From Nymphaea colorata (taxonomy: Eukaryota), in assembly GCF_008831285.2 (NCBI RefSeq), contig NC_045138.2, positions 8,494,001 to 8,558,000 of the forward strand: a DNA stretch of 64,000 nt, given 5' to 3'. Below the pieces are notes generated by a model. It did not search any database, was not told the DNA's origin, and was given only the letters and a program-made list of their open reading frames with translations. Within the stretch, counting starts at the first letter, position 1. Each line of letters starts with the position of its first letter. Position numbers and translations under genes: made by a program. Of this stretch, positions 42,760 through 56,800 are shown in pieces.

Positions 42760-44826
42760 CTCACATGGACAAACTTGTTACTGGTTTGTTGTTTATCGAC
42801 GAGACCCACATTCGAAAACCAATTGATGAAATTCATTTGGCCTACAAATGAGATGGCGGTAGAAATTGGGCAGGCGAGGGCTTGTTCAGAGGGGTAAAAA
42901 TAGATCGGGGATTCAAGCAAAGGTTGTAGGATGCGGCTGGAAGCACTTGTGGTTGTGGGCTTCAATAGTTGAAGTTTGGGAAGATTTTCCTATAGAGCCG
43001 GCCTCAGATCTACAGATCAGGAAACGACTGGTAGGTCTCGTCTGCTTTAAGCCTTTTGCTTTTCCTGTGATTGCTGTTTTTGTTGGTACTGGTAGTAATA
43101 CTAGAACTCTGACAGGTTACCTATCTATATTTGATTATCTCGAAAAGTTTTGTTTAGATCCACTGTATTTACAGGTTACTTCTGCAAGATAGGGTAATTT
43201 CATGATTATGCATCATTGGCAGAAGCGATTAACTGCATCCCCACTTGGGGATAGATTGTTTGTTGCCAACTTATGATTGCTTGGAGATCCAATGAAGGTC
43301 GCGGTCATCATATCATCAGGAACTGGGTATGCTTGCTCGCTAGAATTTCCTCCAAGGTTTTGGAGTCTCAAGAGTCAAGAATTTTGGCCTCTATTTTGGC
43401 TGATGTGTATAGTTGTTGATCCTTCAACTGTTGCAGTTTTATCTGTATTTGGCTTGAAATTCTAGTTGGGTTTAAGTAATTAGTAGCAGGAATTAAACTC
43501 GGAGTGGAAGCAAGGAGTTCTCTTTCTAAACCATCAAATACTAGGCTAGGTGAAATATTGTTTGCGCTACAGATCTATGAGCAACTCAATGGCAAATTGT
43601 TGAATCCTGAAGGATCTTCAAGATTTGACAAGCTATATAAAAAATTGATGCATTGATCAATTGAAGTTAAGAAGAGACTTATAAATTAACCAATGAGATG
43701 CAACAATTTCAAGTTTTGAGTCAGGAATCAAAAGTCAATTGAACATAAAGGGAGGTCACCTCAATGATTGGTTCTAGTTGTAAATTGGTTAACATAAGCT
43801 GGGTGATTCTTCTAATAAAGGAGATGGTAGTGCTCTAGGTCAAGGGGTTGGTGGCAATGAATCTTGAGAAGAAGATTCAATTGTGGAAGAAGCCCCAGCT
43901 CAGCTGCATCTCTTGCCTTTTCTGCTTTTGTTGAAGGTAGGAAGATGACAGAATTCCAATCCTGAACTTATGTGTACTTGGAAAGAGGACCTCTAGCTGC
44001 ATCTCTTGTTTCATCTGCAACAGGTTGGCAGAGGACCCAAGTTGGAAAGCAAAACTGTACATCCTCCCTAGAGCCTATTCAAACCACAGTCCAATTTTGT
44101 TTAAGTCAAATAGAAGACACACCCACACTAGAGGAGTCCACGTATTTTGATTCTTCAATTGCTGAGCTCAGTTGGATGGGTGTAAGGAGAGTGAAAGAGA
44201 ATTAGGAATAATCAGTTCGCGGCTGTGCGATGATTAAGCTACTATGTAAGCTTAATGCGACATGTGATGGTCTGCATGATTGGAGTAGAAAGGGCCCAAA
44301 TGATCTCAACAAATTGATCCATCATGCGAAAGATGCACTGAGGGAGGTGCAACGTCAAGGTAAGAGGGGAATTCCTGATGCTGCTTATAGAGATAGTAAT
44401 CTAGAGGATGAATTGAGGAGACTGCTTAGCAAGGAGGAAGAGCTCCAGCGCCAAAAAAAAATGCGAATAATAATAACTTGGTTGAAAAAAGGTAACCTTA
44501 ACACCAAGTTCTATTACGCAATGATTCAAGAGAGAAGACGTGAAATCAATCCCTTACTAACTCTAAGGAAATATTGGAAGTGGCCACCAATTACTTTAAG
44601 AGCCTGTTAAAGGATTCTAATGTCTTAGGATGCCTTCCACATTGCATTGTAGAAGGTCCATACATCTCCTGAGAGGAAAATGGTCTCCTCATTAGGCCAA
44701 TATCTGATGAAGAGATGGAGTGTAGTGAGATTTTAGACAAGGATTCAACGGCTGGCCCAAATGGCCTTAATAATAAATTCTATTGGTTCTATTGGCCTAT
44801 TATCAGGGAAGATGTGAAAAGGGCCA
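42760..44826 (+). mobile_element. Decayed L1-type LINE (possible ORF1 remnants and ORF2 linker), cut off by a Copia LTR
   Basis: 44230-44826 translates in pieces to KLNATCDGLHDWSRK...EEELQRQK..TWLKKGNLNTKFYYAMIQERRR and DKDSTAGPNGLNNKFYWFYWPIIREDVKRA, the pre-RT region of LINE ORF2. The left boundary is approximate. Confidence 0.75.
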
Positions 44827-47800
44827 TGTTAAAATAGATGTAGTGGGGAACCGGGTCCATTTCTGGACCCAGTCCCATGTGGCATGGGTACCGAGGCCGG
44901 CTCGGTACCCTAGGCGGCATTCTTCTCTCCCTCCTATATAATCTTCACTTAAGTGTAATTGTGTGATTAAGTGAATATAATTTTCTCTCTCCTAGGGTTG
45001 CGGTGTGCACTTAGGTCAGAGCTTCCCGTGATTTTTTTCCTCTTTCTGAGGTTTTTCCACGTATATCGTGTGTTCCTCTCTTTTTCTTTCGTGTGTTGCA
45101 TGTTTCTACATGGTATCAGAGCCGTGAGATCGTTCGGCTTAGTCTCGTATTTCCGTAGTCGCCCCTGCACCGTTGCCGCCTGCGCCGTTAGGGTTTCCCG
45201 CGCCGCCGCCATTGGGATCTTCTTCGTCGCCGCCTGTTGCCGCTTGTGACTTCCGCTGCCGTGGGTGTCTCCTTTTCCGCCGTCGGACGATCCAGCGCCA
45301 TCACATCTTTCCGCTGCTGTGGGTGTCCAGCGCCGTCACGCCTCTGCGTCGCCGCCGTCGGGCGATCCAGCACCATCGCCGACACCTAAGGTTCCGTGTG
45401 GTGCTGGTGTTTCAGCCGCCGCCGTGCTGTCTTGTTGCTGCCTGGTGTTGTGTCTGACTTGACTGCTTGTGATGGCGGAAGAGATTGCACCTAAAAGTAA
45501 TATGGCCTTTGACACGGGCAGCGCTCCCAAGAGCGAGATCTTGCCGGTTCAGGTCACGCCCATTCGTCTGACTAAAGACAACTATCTCTCTTGGTCTGCT
45601 GCTCTCGAGATTGGGATAACGAGCCGTGGTCGTCTTTCCTATATCACAGGCGACAAACCGGCGCCCAGCAAAACTGATCTTCAATGGGCGACGTGGGTGT
45701 TGGAAGACAGTCAGGTTAAGGTGTGGATCATCAGCTCTGTGTCCGCTGATATTCAGCCTCTTATTCTGCGGAAGCCGACTTCGTTTGATATGTGGACTGT
45801 GCTTGCAAGGATGTATGGTCGCAAGAAAAGGGTTCTGCGTACGTATCAGATTAAACGCAGTATTTATTCTCTGAAACAGGGTGACCTGTCTGTTGCCTCC
45901 TTCTATGCAGCCCTGAAAACTAAGTGGGAGGAACTTGATTATCATGTGAATGATAACTGGGACTGTGGTTCTGATCATGCTCGGTACTGGGAAAAGGAAT
46001 GGATGGACCGGACGTTCCTCTTCCTTGGAGGCTTGTGTGATGAGTTTGAATCCATTCGGAGTCAAATTCTCAACTGTGATGAGATTCCTGGAATAGAAGA
46101 TGTTTATGCCAGAGTGGAATCCGAGGAACAAAGGCGTCAAGTGATGCAGATTGACCCCAGTCATGGGAATGGTCCCTCGGCCTTTGTTAGCCGTTCTTCT
46201 GTGTCTGGACCGCGCCCTGTTAGGCGATGTACACATTGTCACAAATCAGGACATTCTGTTGACTTCTATTGGGATCTTCACCCGGAGAAGAGACTTGTTC
46301 GTGGTCGCCCTCCATCTAGTCGGCGAGGTTCTCTTGTACAGGACTCAACTCAGAGTGGTTCTTCAAGTGGTGAAAAATCGAGGCTTTCCCCTGATCAAAT
46401 CAAGGAACTACAAGCTTACATCAGTCGCCTTTCTACTACGTCAGAGGACACATCTACGTCTGATGGAGCTAAATTAGCTCAGGCTCTTGTTGCTACTAGT
46501 GATCAAGGTAATTCCTCTCCCGGTGATTGAATTGTTGACAGTGGGGCTACTCATCATATGACTGGGGACCCTAAGATGTTTCAAGAATACAAGTTGACTT
46601 CTGGACAGCAGCGTGTTTCTATGGCTGATGGTTCTTCTATTTCTGTGGCTGGAAAAGGGAGTTTATCATTACTAAACAAATATTGTCTTCATAATGCCCT
46701 GCATGTTCCTAATATTCCCGTGAATTTGTTATCTGTCAGCAGTATTACCAAAGAGCTAAACTGTAATCTAATATTCTCTGCTGATCGTTGTTTACTGCAG
46801 GACTTGAGAACGGGGCAGAATATTGGGATTGGTTCGGCTATTGATGGTCTCTACAGAATGCCAATACAGGTTGCCTCTGCTTTGATTTCAGCCACCAGTG
46901 GACAGTTATCTGGCGTGGAGGACAGATCCGCTATTATGCGCTGGCACGAGAGACTTGGTCATCTTCCTTTTCAGTTGATTAAACAATTGTTTCCTAAGAT
47001 GTTTCGGTCTGTTTCTTTGGACACCTTCGCCTGTGAAGTGTGTCAGTTGTTTAAGCATGTTAGGGCCTCGTACCCTATTTCGTTCAATAAAACCAGCCAT
47101 CCTTTTGCTTTGGTTCACTCTGATGTTTGGGGTCCTTCGGGAGTGTCCACCTGTCGTGGTTTTCATTATTTCATGACTCTTATCGATGACTACTCTCGGT
47201 GTACGTTCGTGTACTTGTTGAAAGAACGTAGTGAGGTTCCCGGCATTGTCAAAAACTTCGTTGCATTTGTTGAAACTCAATTCCAAACCCCTGTTCAGAC
47301 CCTTCGTACTGACAATGCTCGAGAGTATGTCTCCCTATCCCTTGATGACTTCTTGCGAAGCAAGGGTATTATACATGAAACATCCTGTAGCTACACACCT
47401 CCTCAGAATGGCGTGGCTGAAAGGAAGAACCGTCATTTGTTAAATGTCACCCGGGCCATTATGTTTCAACGTCATGTCCCTAAGCGGTACTGGGGTGATG
47501 CACTTCTCACTAGTGCTCATCTCATTAACCGTATGCCTACTCGTGTGTTGAATGGTCATTCCCCTTATTCTCTTTTGTGGCCTAATCAGAGTCCCTGGCC
47601 TTTGACTCCTCGGGTGTTTGGGTGTGTTTGCTTTGTCCATGATCATAGTCTCACTCTCAAGAAACTTGATCCTCGGTCCATCAAAGCGGTCTTTTTGGGG
47701 TATTCCTCCACTCAGAAGGGATACAAGTGTGTTGACCCTAGCACTTCCAGAGTCTATGTCTCCAGGGATGTTACCTTTCATGAACATGAGGCATACTTTC

Positions 47801-49242
47801 CTGCGAATCCTCTTCAGGGGGAGTGTCTAGGTGAGAGAGTGGACGAGTATTCTTCGCAACAGTTGATTCAGTTCACAGATTTCTTGGATTACACGGCTAG
47901 TTCTCCGAGTGTGAGTGTGGTTGACACAGTCAGTGAGGACAGAGACAGTCAGATGGAAGGGGGCCCTATGGAAGAACAGTCCCGTGATCATTTGTTTGGT
48001 CAGGTATACAATAGGAAGAAGAATGATGTAATGGAGGTTGTTGATGTTACCAATCCCGATCTTGTGAGCTCCCCGGATGATCCAAGTCCAATGAATGAAG
48101 ATCTTCCCATAGCCCTACGCAAAGGCACCAGGTCATGTACTTCTCATCCTATTCAGAGATTTGTCTCGTATGCTAAACTCAGTAAAGACTACAAGTGCTT
48201 TATTACCTCTTTATCTATGGTTGTTATTCCCAGGTCAGTGGAGGATGCCAGGGAAGATCCCAAATGGCTACAAGCCATGACAGAGGAGATGGACGCCCTG
48301 GCAAAGAACAATACGTGGGAGGTTGTTGATATTCCTAATGGAACTCACTTAGTTGGTTCCAAGTGGGTGTTTACTATGAAGTACAAACCTGATGGCACTG
48401 TAGAACGCTATAAAGCTCGTCTTGTTGCAAAGGGGTTTAGCCAGAAATATGGGATTGACTATCTTGAGACGTTCGCTCTCGTTGCTAAACTGAAGACAGT
48501 AAGAGTCATCTTAGCTCTGGCAGTACAAAAGAAGTGGAGCATGGACCAACTTGATGTCAAGAACGCCTTCTTGAATGGTCACCTTGAGGAAGAAGTCTAT
48601 ATGAGCATGCCGCCTGGATATGCTCGGAACGGGAAGTGTTGCTATCTCAAGAAAGCTTTGTATGGTCTCAAGCAGTCCCCTAGAGCGTGGTTTGAAAGAC
48701 TAAGGGTTGTAATGAAGACTAATGGGTATAAACAGGGAAATGGTGATCACACCCTCTTCATCAAGCAGAGAAATGGTCTGGTGAGCCTTCTACTTGTATA
48801 TGTTGATGATATGATTGTCACAGGTGACGACGAAAGGGAAAAAAGGAAGATGAAGGAAACGTTAGCTGCAGAATTCGATCTCAAAAATCTGGGCAAACTA
48901 AGGTATTTCTTGGGAATTGAGATTGCTAGATCTGAGACTGGTCTTGTTATGAGCCAAAGAAAATACACTTTGGACCTTCTAAAAGAGACAGGTAAACTGG
49001 GATGCAGGCCCTTTCTTACTCCAATGGAGTCTGGCACAAGGATAAGTATCAAAACTGGGACGATCTTGGATGAGGAAGGAAAAGGGAGGTATCAGCGGCT
49101 GGTTGGTAAACTCATTTATCTCACCCTTACTCGCTCGGATATTACATATGCTGTGGGTGTGTTAAGTCAGTTTATGCGTGCCCCTACTGATTGTCATTGA
49201 AAAAGTGCTGAAAGAGTATTGGGATACTTAAAGAATGACCCA
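44827..49242 (+). mobile_element. Ty1/copia retrotransposon, 3'-truncated: 5'LTR 44827-45110, PBS 45111-45123, gag-pol from ~45472
   Basis: LTR TGTTAAAA...TCTACA followed by TGGTATCAGAGCC. Domain order gag (LTKDNYLSWS, Zn knuckle), protease (VDSGATHHMT), GAG-pre-integrase (WHERLGH), integrase (HSDVWGP, QNGVAERKNRHL), RT (YKARLVAKGF, YVDD). No RNase H, PPT or 3'LTR. Confidence 0.95.
45472..49242 (+). pseudogene. Copia gag-pol polyprotein with in-frame nonsense codons at 46528-46530 and 49198-49200
   Basis: ORFs 45469-46530 and 46558-49200 are in the same frame. Both TGA codons replace conserved Trp (D*IVDSGA, TDCH*KSAERVL). Confidence 0.9.
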
Positions 49243-51965
49243 AAGTTTGGTGGAGAACAAGTTCATAGATTTTTTTTTTGTACTTTTATTGATGCTGAAA
49301 AAAACCTCTCCTGCCTAGATCCTTTACAGTTGATTGCTGTGATTGGTGGACGGATTTATTGAACAACAAGTTAATAAATATTTTTTTAAGGACTTTTATT
49401 GATGCTGAGAAAAAATCTACTGCCTAAGTCCTCTCGAGTTGATCGTTGTGTGCTATATTGTTTATTTTATCAAAGTGCAACTAGATTAAGGTCATATTGT
49501 CTAGTCTCGCATTATGGCTAATGAAGGCAAGATAGAGATGCAGTATGAGCATAATAACACAGGCAGTCTCTTTTCTTATGGTTCTACTGTAAAGTTAGAT
49601 GGATCTAATTTTGTTATTTGGTCTCATGTGTTTATAACGTTTGTTATTGGACATCAGAAGGAGCATGTTATAGAAGAAAATGAGCCTGTGGTGAATAGTG
49701 AAAAATATAGTTCATGGAAAAAAGATAATAATATTGTCATGTCATGGATCATAAATAATGTGCAACCACAAATTATTCTCGAGTCACTTGGGTTTTCCTT
49801 TTAAAAGAAAGGTCTCAAGTCATATATACTCTCAAGAACCTTACTATTGAAATAGTTTGGTATTCTTCTTAAAAGCATTCACAATGATAATTCTCTTGAG
49901 TTCAAGGCATCTACCTTAATGAAATTTTACTCTGATAATGGCATTCCCCTTCAGTTTACTTGTCTTCATACCTCATAGCAAAATGGAGTAGTTGAGTAAA
50001 AACATCGTCAACTTTTAAATATGGTGTATTCCCTAATGCTTTATACTCGTTTACCTGCATATTTTTTGGGAGATGTCATCCTCACTGCTTGATGATAAAA
50101 TGTATATAAAATTCTACTCTACAAAAGCATAAAATACATCAATCCAACTAGTTATCCTCATCCTCTATTAACAACCAAGTTCTCGTTAAACTTGTGCACC
50201 CATAACAACCATTGTTTCCAATCCCTTCCAAAATATTTGGTTGCACATGCTTTCTTCACATCCTTGGGCCTACACATGATCAATTTGCTGCTCAAGCAAT
50301 TAAGTGTATCTTTGTTAGCTACCCCAAAAATCATAACACAATCATCTGACCCACTACTTATCCCTCTCATTCCATTGGAGTCATTCCCATATGAGTCTCG
50401 TTCTAGTGAGTCTCCTTCTATTGTTTTGAAGTTTTGTGATCCTCTACTGGTCTCCACACGTCGACATGGCTCCTTTAATGATCCTTCTCCAACCTCTTCT
50501 CAGGAGGTAGTACATTTGAGGTGAGTATACCTAGTCAATCTGAGCCCACTATAGCTATCTCTGATCCCTGTCAGGACTTACCTATTACTCTTTGTAAAGG
50601 CAAGCGGCAATATACTTTGCATCTTATATCTCATTTTGTTTCTATTGATGGTGTTGGTCAAATGATGCAACAATTTATTCAAGCTTTGGTTGTCCATGCA
50701 GTTCCTAATTGTCGCCAATATGCTTTAATAGATACCCAGTGGAGACAAGCTATGCAAGATGAGATGGATGCCTTAGTTCAGCAATGCACCTGGGAACTTG
50801 TTGACCATTCTCTTGATTGTGATACTATTGGCTCCAAGTGGGTATTCACCGTGAAATATCATTATGATAGTTCTATGGAAAGATACAAAGCTAGGTTACA
50901 CTGACCTACAATGTTGATTTCTTTGAGACTTTCTCTCATGCTGCTCGGTTGAGAACCATCTGTCTTATTATTTTTGTGGTTGTACACCAAGACTGACATA
51001 TGTATCAGCTCGATGTCAAAAATGCCTTTTTGTATGGTGATCTCGATGAGAGTGTCTATATATAATAACCACCAAGGTTTAGACAACCACCAAGGTTTGA
51101 ACAACAAGGAGAGTGTGGAAAAGTTCTCGGGTGTGGTTCTACAAGTTCTTTGAGGTAGTCTCCAAGTGTAGCTTTGCGAGATCCCCTCTTGATCATTCTC
51201 TGTTTATCAAGAAGAATGTCAGGAGTATGACCATTCTAGTAGTTTATATTGATGATATTATCTTGACAGGTGACCCCGAAGAAGAAATTTTTGATACAAA
51301 GTTGGTTCTTCAAAAACATTTTGTGATGAAGGATCTTAGTCAACTATGATATTTCATGGGAATAGAGGTTGCTTGCAACAAGGAATGTGTAGTTTTATTT
51401 CAACGGAAGTATTTTTTGATTTATTACAGGACAGCAGGATGGTCTAAACTGGCCACTCTACTGATGAATCCATGCATACTTCTTCATGATGACCAATCAG
51501 AATTAATAGATTCTCGATCATACAGATGTCTTATTGGGAACCTCCTCTATGTTATTGTGACCAGACCAAACATTAGCTTTGTAGTAGGAAAGCTAAATTA
51601 ATTCATGGAAAGGCCCAGGCAAGTTCATTGGGATGTAACTTTAATGTTGTCAAATATTTGAAATCGTCTCTAGGTAAAGGACTTTTGTTCACAGAAGGCA
51701 AGACCTTGGAAATGGAAGCCTATAGTGATGTTGACTATGTTGGCTCAGTCGAAGACAAGAAGTCTATCACAGGAATCAATGTATTTGTGGGAGGCAAATT
51801 TATATTTTGGAGAAGCAAAAAAGCAAGGTGTGGTGTCAAGATTTAGTGCAGAATTTGAGTACAGAGCTATGACTCAAACTGTCATTGAAATACTTGGGCT
51901 AAATCCATGCTATCTAGCCTAAGTGTGTCAATTCCTCTTGCCATGAAAAAGTATTGTGACAATGA
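49243..51965 (+). mobile_element. Second, older, internally deleted Ty1/copia remnant
   Basis: Fragments of gag (VKLDGSNFVIWS, 49514-49790), integrase (~49860-50090), RT (WRQAMQDEMDAL, GSKWVFTVK, YKARL, VYIDDIILTG) and RNase H (YSDVDYVGS, SAEFEYRAM, YCDN), with many stops and frameshifts. No LTRs recognised. Confidence 0.88.
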
Positions 51966-52701
51966 ATGTAGGTCTCCCTTCGTTTGTGGAGAAAAAGATC
52001 CTATTTGGATTATAATGTAAGCAAATATTTGGATATATTTCTATTAGTTTATTACCATATGACTTCTATTCAGTATTTTCTTTTTCCTTTTAGTGCTTTT
52101 TTTATGTTATTTATTAAAAGAGAAGCAATCTTAATTTCTACAACTTAACTTGTTGAACTTAGAAGAAGCAGCTTAACTTCTTCTAAGCAAAGAACCTCAT
52201 TTGAATGGAAATTATTGCAGTGGAAAATTATTTTACAAAATTACCCCTCTTAATAAAAGGTTGGGTTCCCTATTAAGCAGTGGAACCAGTGTTCTACCAT
52301 TTCCCAAGAGGGGTCTCTGTTGTCCTTTTATTAAAAAAACATTGTTTTGAATATCACTTCCTTTTTGTCTCACTTTTACCTATCTCAATCTGTTTCTTTT
52401 TTCCAAAAGTTAAGTGGCATTTTGTAATTTTATTTCTAAAAGTGATTTTAGAAGGGTCAAGTAAAAAATAGAAAAAAAATTACAAATATCTCCTTAACAA
52501 GTAAGTGAATAACATATTGGTGATCAACTTTTCATACACATAAAAAAAGGTGCTCAACTTCTCTACATGTCTCCCAACAACCTTTCCATGCTAAAAACTA
52601 ATTAAATTAATAATATAAATGCCTAAGTTGCCCCAGTAATCAAACTTTAAAATAAAAAACTAAGAAAACACAGCTCTTCTCGGATGGCAAGGGCTTGTGG
52701 G

Positions 52702-53830
52702 TAGGGGTTTTCAATGAATCGAGTTAACTTGAGCTCGGCTTGAACTCAATTGTCTAAATTCGACCCAAATCAACTCATTTAAGCAAGTCAAGTTCGAGTT
52801 GAAAAGAGTTCACTTGCTTAAATAAATGAGTTGACCTTGACATATAGGCTCAGTTCATTTGGAGTCAGTGGAATCGTGAGTTTGAATCTATATGTTTCCA
52901 TTTTGTGTCGTTAACCAATGAACTTTTTAATAAACGGCTCAATCGGCTCAGCTAAGTTCAAGCCAGATCTCAACTCGAGCTTAACCGAACCGAGAGCAGA
53001 GTTTGAGCTTTCTTAAACTTGAGTACTCGAGCTGAGCTCGAGGTGTCTAAACCTTGAGCTAAGATTGAGTTGAGCCTTTTAGCACTCAAGCCTAGTTCGA
53101 ACTAGCACGTCTCCACTAGAACTCGTTCATGAGCAGCCCTATTTAGGCATTTGCTCTTTACCATCCGAAGAGAGGAAGAGAAACCACACTGCGTCGCTGC
53201 CGCCCCTTGTTGTCCAGCCAACAACGATACGGCCAGTCGACCCTCGCTGCTGAGCAGAATCTTCGCTGAACAGAGAGGGTCGGCTGGCCATCTGCTCCTC
53301 GTCCACCGACAGTGAGGGCTGACGTTTAGGCAATGATCATCAACCCTCGCCTTTGCCACCTGTTGTACAACGTGGTGGGGCGACAAAGCCTAACCTCAGT
53401 GTTCAAAGCGGAGGCCTACTCATCGTTGTCCATAAGCTCTGATGGGATGCTCGTAGCTTTGTTGTGACCGGGGCCGTTCAGGAGAGAGCTGGACTCGGCT
53501 TAAGTTCTTAAAATTCGAACTAGGTTTGATTAAGTTCAAACTGAAGATTAACTTGAGTAGAGTCAATCATTTTATTAAAAAATTATTTTTTAGAAAAAAA
53601 AGCAGCAGATACATTTGAACATAGAACTTTTCATGTACCAGTCACATGCATGCTATTTGAGCAATGTACTTTTTTGATAATTTTATGAAACATATTTTAT
53701 ATATTTTTTTTTTCGAGTTTAACCGAGTTAAACCCACTTAACTTGAGCTCGACTCGTTTAGGTTGTCGAGTTCGAATCAAATTTATCAAGCGAGTTGAGT
53801 CAAACTCGAGTTAGCTCGACTCATTGAACT
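52702..53830. mobile_element. Degenerate non-autonomous hAT-like element with a GC-rich internal segment
   Basis: Begins TAGGGGTTTTCAATGAATCGAGTT and ends ...CTCGACTCATTGAAC (partial inverted match). Dense GAGCTCGA/CTCGAG arrays at both ends; no TSD. Confidence 0.55.
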
Positions 53831-56800
53831 GGTGACCATCACCATAAAAAGCTGGTTATGTACCTTCAGTGCATGAGTCGCCTGTATTAGTATCATTAAT
53901 GATGATAAATTAAAAAAAAAAAACTTTTTTGAAGGGATACCAAAAAAAATTTAAAAAAAAAAAGTTAAAAGAATAAAATACATTTTTTTAATAATTTTCA
54001 AAATATCCTAACTACTCATGCACCGAAGTGACGCAATGGATAATGTACGCGACTCATTGTCATCCTATCAGAACTGCATGCAGTTTGTATGGGCAGTTAC
54101 TTAGGCAATTATTTGTTTATTTACATATTAGTGTCATTAAGGATTTGCATATCTATATATTTATATCCCATTGTATTTTTTATTATGCATTTGAAGAGTC
54201 AAGAGTTTGAGTCTGGAGTAGGAAAAACTTCCGGCTCTTCTGCTGCTCGCCTTAGATGTCATTTTAAACTAAAGCAATGTTCAAAGTTGCACCTTGCGTT
54301 ACACATATATAGACAAAGAAAACAGTTCCATAAGATTGAAGCAAACTGCCGCTCCATTGTATATGGTTCTCATGGCCAAGATAGTCGCATATATTCAAAT
54401 GCTAATCTCAATTAATTTAAGTTTCTCCCATTTTCCAAAGCACATTCTCTTTCAATGTTGCACCATATGAGTATTGGTGCTGTATTTTTATAACCATTAA
54501 TAAGCATAATTGTGTTATTTTTTTCATTTAAAATTATTTTAAATAATTTTTCAAATGAAAAATAAAAAAATATAAACCTATTGGCTGACGCGGGTGATAA
54601 AGAACGATATTCTCCTGCATCGAAGTCAGGCATGTGACAGGCCCAATATTGCCTCTGTCATCATTTTCTGATTTTAACCTACTGCACCCACAGAAATTGG
54701 CTTGTTCCATTTTTAATATTTTTTTTATTTCAAATGGCTCCTGACTCCATTTGAGATGAACACATAAGAAACATTCTAAATGTCACCTTCAGATTCAGAC
54801 CAGCTCATATTTCAGAGAGGAAAAAAAATAGGGAAAGGAAAAGACAAGCAACTTCACAATTTCCATAATCCAAAAGATAGTTGATATACTATATCTCCAA
54901 GCAACTGCGAGGTTCCATAACACCAAAAACAATTGATTTATTATATCCTAAATGCTACCTATAGATGAACTGACTTCTCAAAAGAAGAAAAGGAATAGAT
55001 TTTGCTTGTAGCAATCCCATAGAAGCGACGACTTTTGTTCCTGATGAAACTTCTAGCTAGTATTATGGAGCAGAGATGGACTACGCAGGTCAGCTAAAAA
55101 AATTGAAAAAAAAAAAAAAAGAGATCATAAAAGGCTTGAAAATCTGTTGGATAAGTGAGAAAAACAAAGCGGAAGGACTCATTTTAAAAAAAAATGAATA
55201 AAATGAGAAAGACAAAACAAGTTGCCGTCATACTGTTGTCGGACAGTCGTTTCAATTAGCATGACAACCATAGGCCATAGGGTGTGCAGGAGAGATTGAG
55301 ATCCTAAGTTTAAAATTTAAAGATCTGATGTAGCATGACAACCATAGGCCATAGGCCAACATAAATAACTTTTAAGCTCCCCTGAAACTTCTAAGGTCAT
55401 GGATGTCCCCCTTCAACAACAATTTATGGCTCTGCCCTTGGTGGAGTTAATGAAGTTTTCCTCATTGATGAGAAACAAGCCATAGCAGTCACCGCATGAA
55501 TGCGATAATCATGCTTCACACCCACAAATCTACTTCTGGTGCTATTTATTTGGATAGGTCAATAATAGCTAACAACAGGAAGTTTCAACCTTTAAAAGTT
55601 CTGACATCATGCGTTTATAAAATCTTCAAACTTTTTACAGAAACAGACTCAAGTTTTGGTGGTACAACAAAAAACATGCTTAAGCTTGGATTTCTTTTGT
55701 TCAACTGCTTATTTTTATTGAAATTGAAGCTATGAAATAAAATAAGCAAAAGCTTACAAAAATTGACTTTGTTTTTGTAAAATGTTCAAGCCTGATCTAT
55801 ACATTCAAGTGAACTGATGCTGTAATGCGTTTTCTGGGTTTCGAAAACAGATTGCACAGTTAAATTTTAAAAGCAAATATACAGAAACATGTAATGAAAA
55901 TTGTAAGGCATATTGTGGGTGCTTTTCACATCGAGATTGTATTTTTCATAAATCTATAGTATAATTGCGATGTTCATTTTTCAAGAGCCAAAAATGAACA
56001 CAAAATCAAATCACAACGGAGAATTTGTTTCCATACTATAGTCTGGAGATTGTGATGCCGCCACTAAAAGCAGAATTCACATGGAGGGTATATTACAGTG
56101 AATATAGAGGCTCGCTCTATTTGGAGATTTTGTTTGGACGGGTTTTATGCAGCTCTTAGGCTCTTAGAATGTAAAGACAACGGGTATCCCCATCTAGTTA
56201 TCCATTTGAATTGAGCCAGACAAATGACCTATTATTAATAATCACCCATTGTATGTTCAAATTGCATCAAGCCACAAGGGGTACGAAGGTAGTAGCTTAT
56301 TACATGGGAACTCTGCTAGTAGGAGAAATCATCAAAGTGGGTCTCAAATCTATAGTGAGGACACAATGTTGCTAGAGAATCAGGTGCTGAACTCTGTTTC
56401 GGAAGGTATTGACGACACACTTGAGCTAAAAATTCATGCTTATTTCAAAGCAAGGACCTTGGTAACCAGCTAAGAAGTGGCCAGCAGAGCGACATTCCTG
56501 ACAAAAACAGTCCCTGGCCTCGTATTAGATCTATGATATGCACTAGGACTGTCTTGCCCTCCATCTCCAGTTCTTTCTCGTGTGGCTTGGGAATGACTAT
56601 GAAGGGACGGCACTTACCGTTTTTGTCCCGTGTTTCAATCTCCGGCATCTGCATTTCAGTTTCCAAGCGTCTGCCTTCTACAAAACCAGCCCACGACTAC
56701 TGGTGTAGATCAATCATTATGACTCAAACAATTTGTGGGTCTTGATTTCTGAATCTCTATAAACGTTGGTTCCCACATTAAATTTAAGCACATGAAATAT

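Noticed and set aside
45412..46242. 276-aa antisense ORF
   Set aside because: Shadow ORF opposite Copia gag with no independent evidence.
46525..46560. In-frame TGA between Copia gag and pol as programmed readthrough
   Set aside because: It replaces the conserved Trp of the protease motif (W-I-V-D-S-G-A), lacks a CARYYA context, and a second Trp>TGA occurs at 49198. It is a mutation.
49282..49452. Spaced ~55 bp direct repeats resembling an array
   Set aside because: Only two diverged copies inside the leader of the second Copia; not CRISPR-like.
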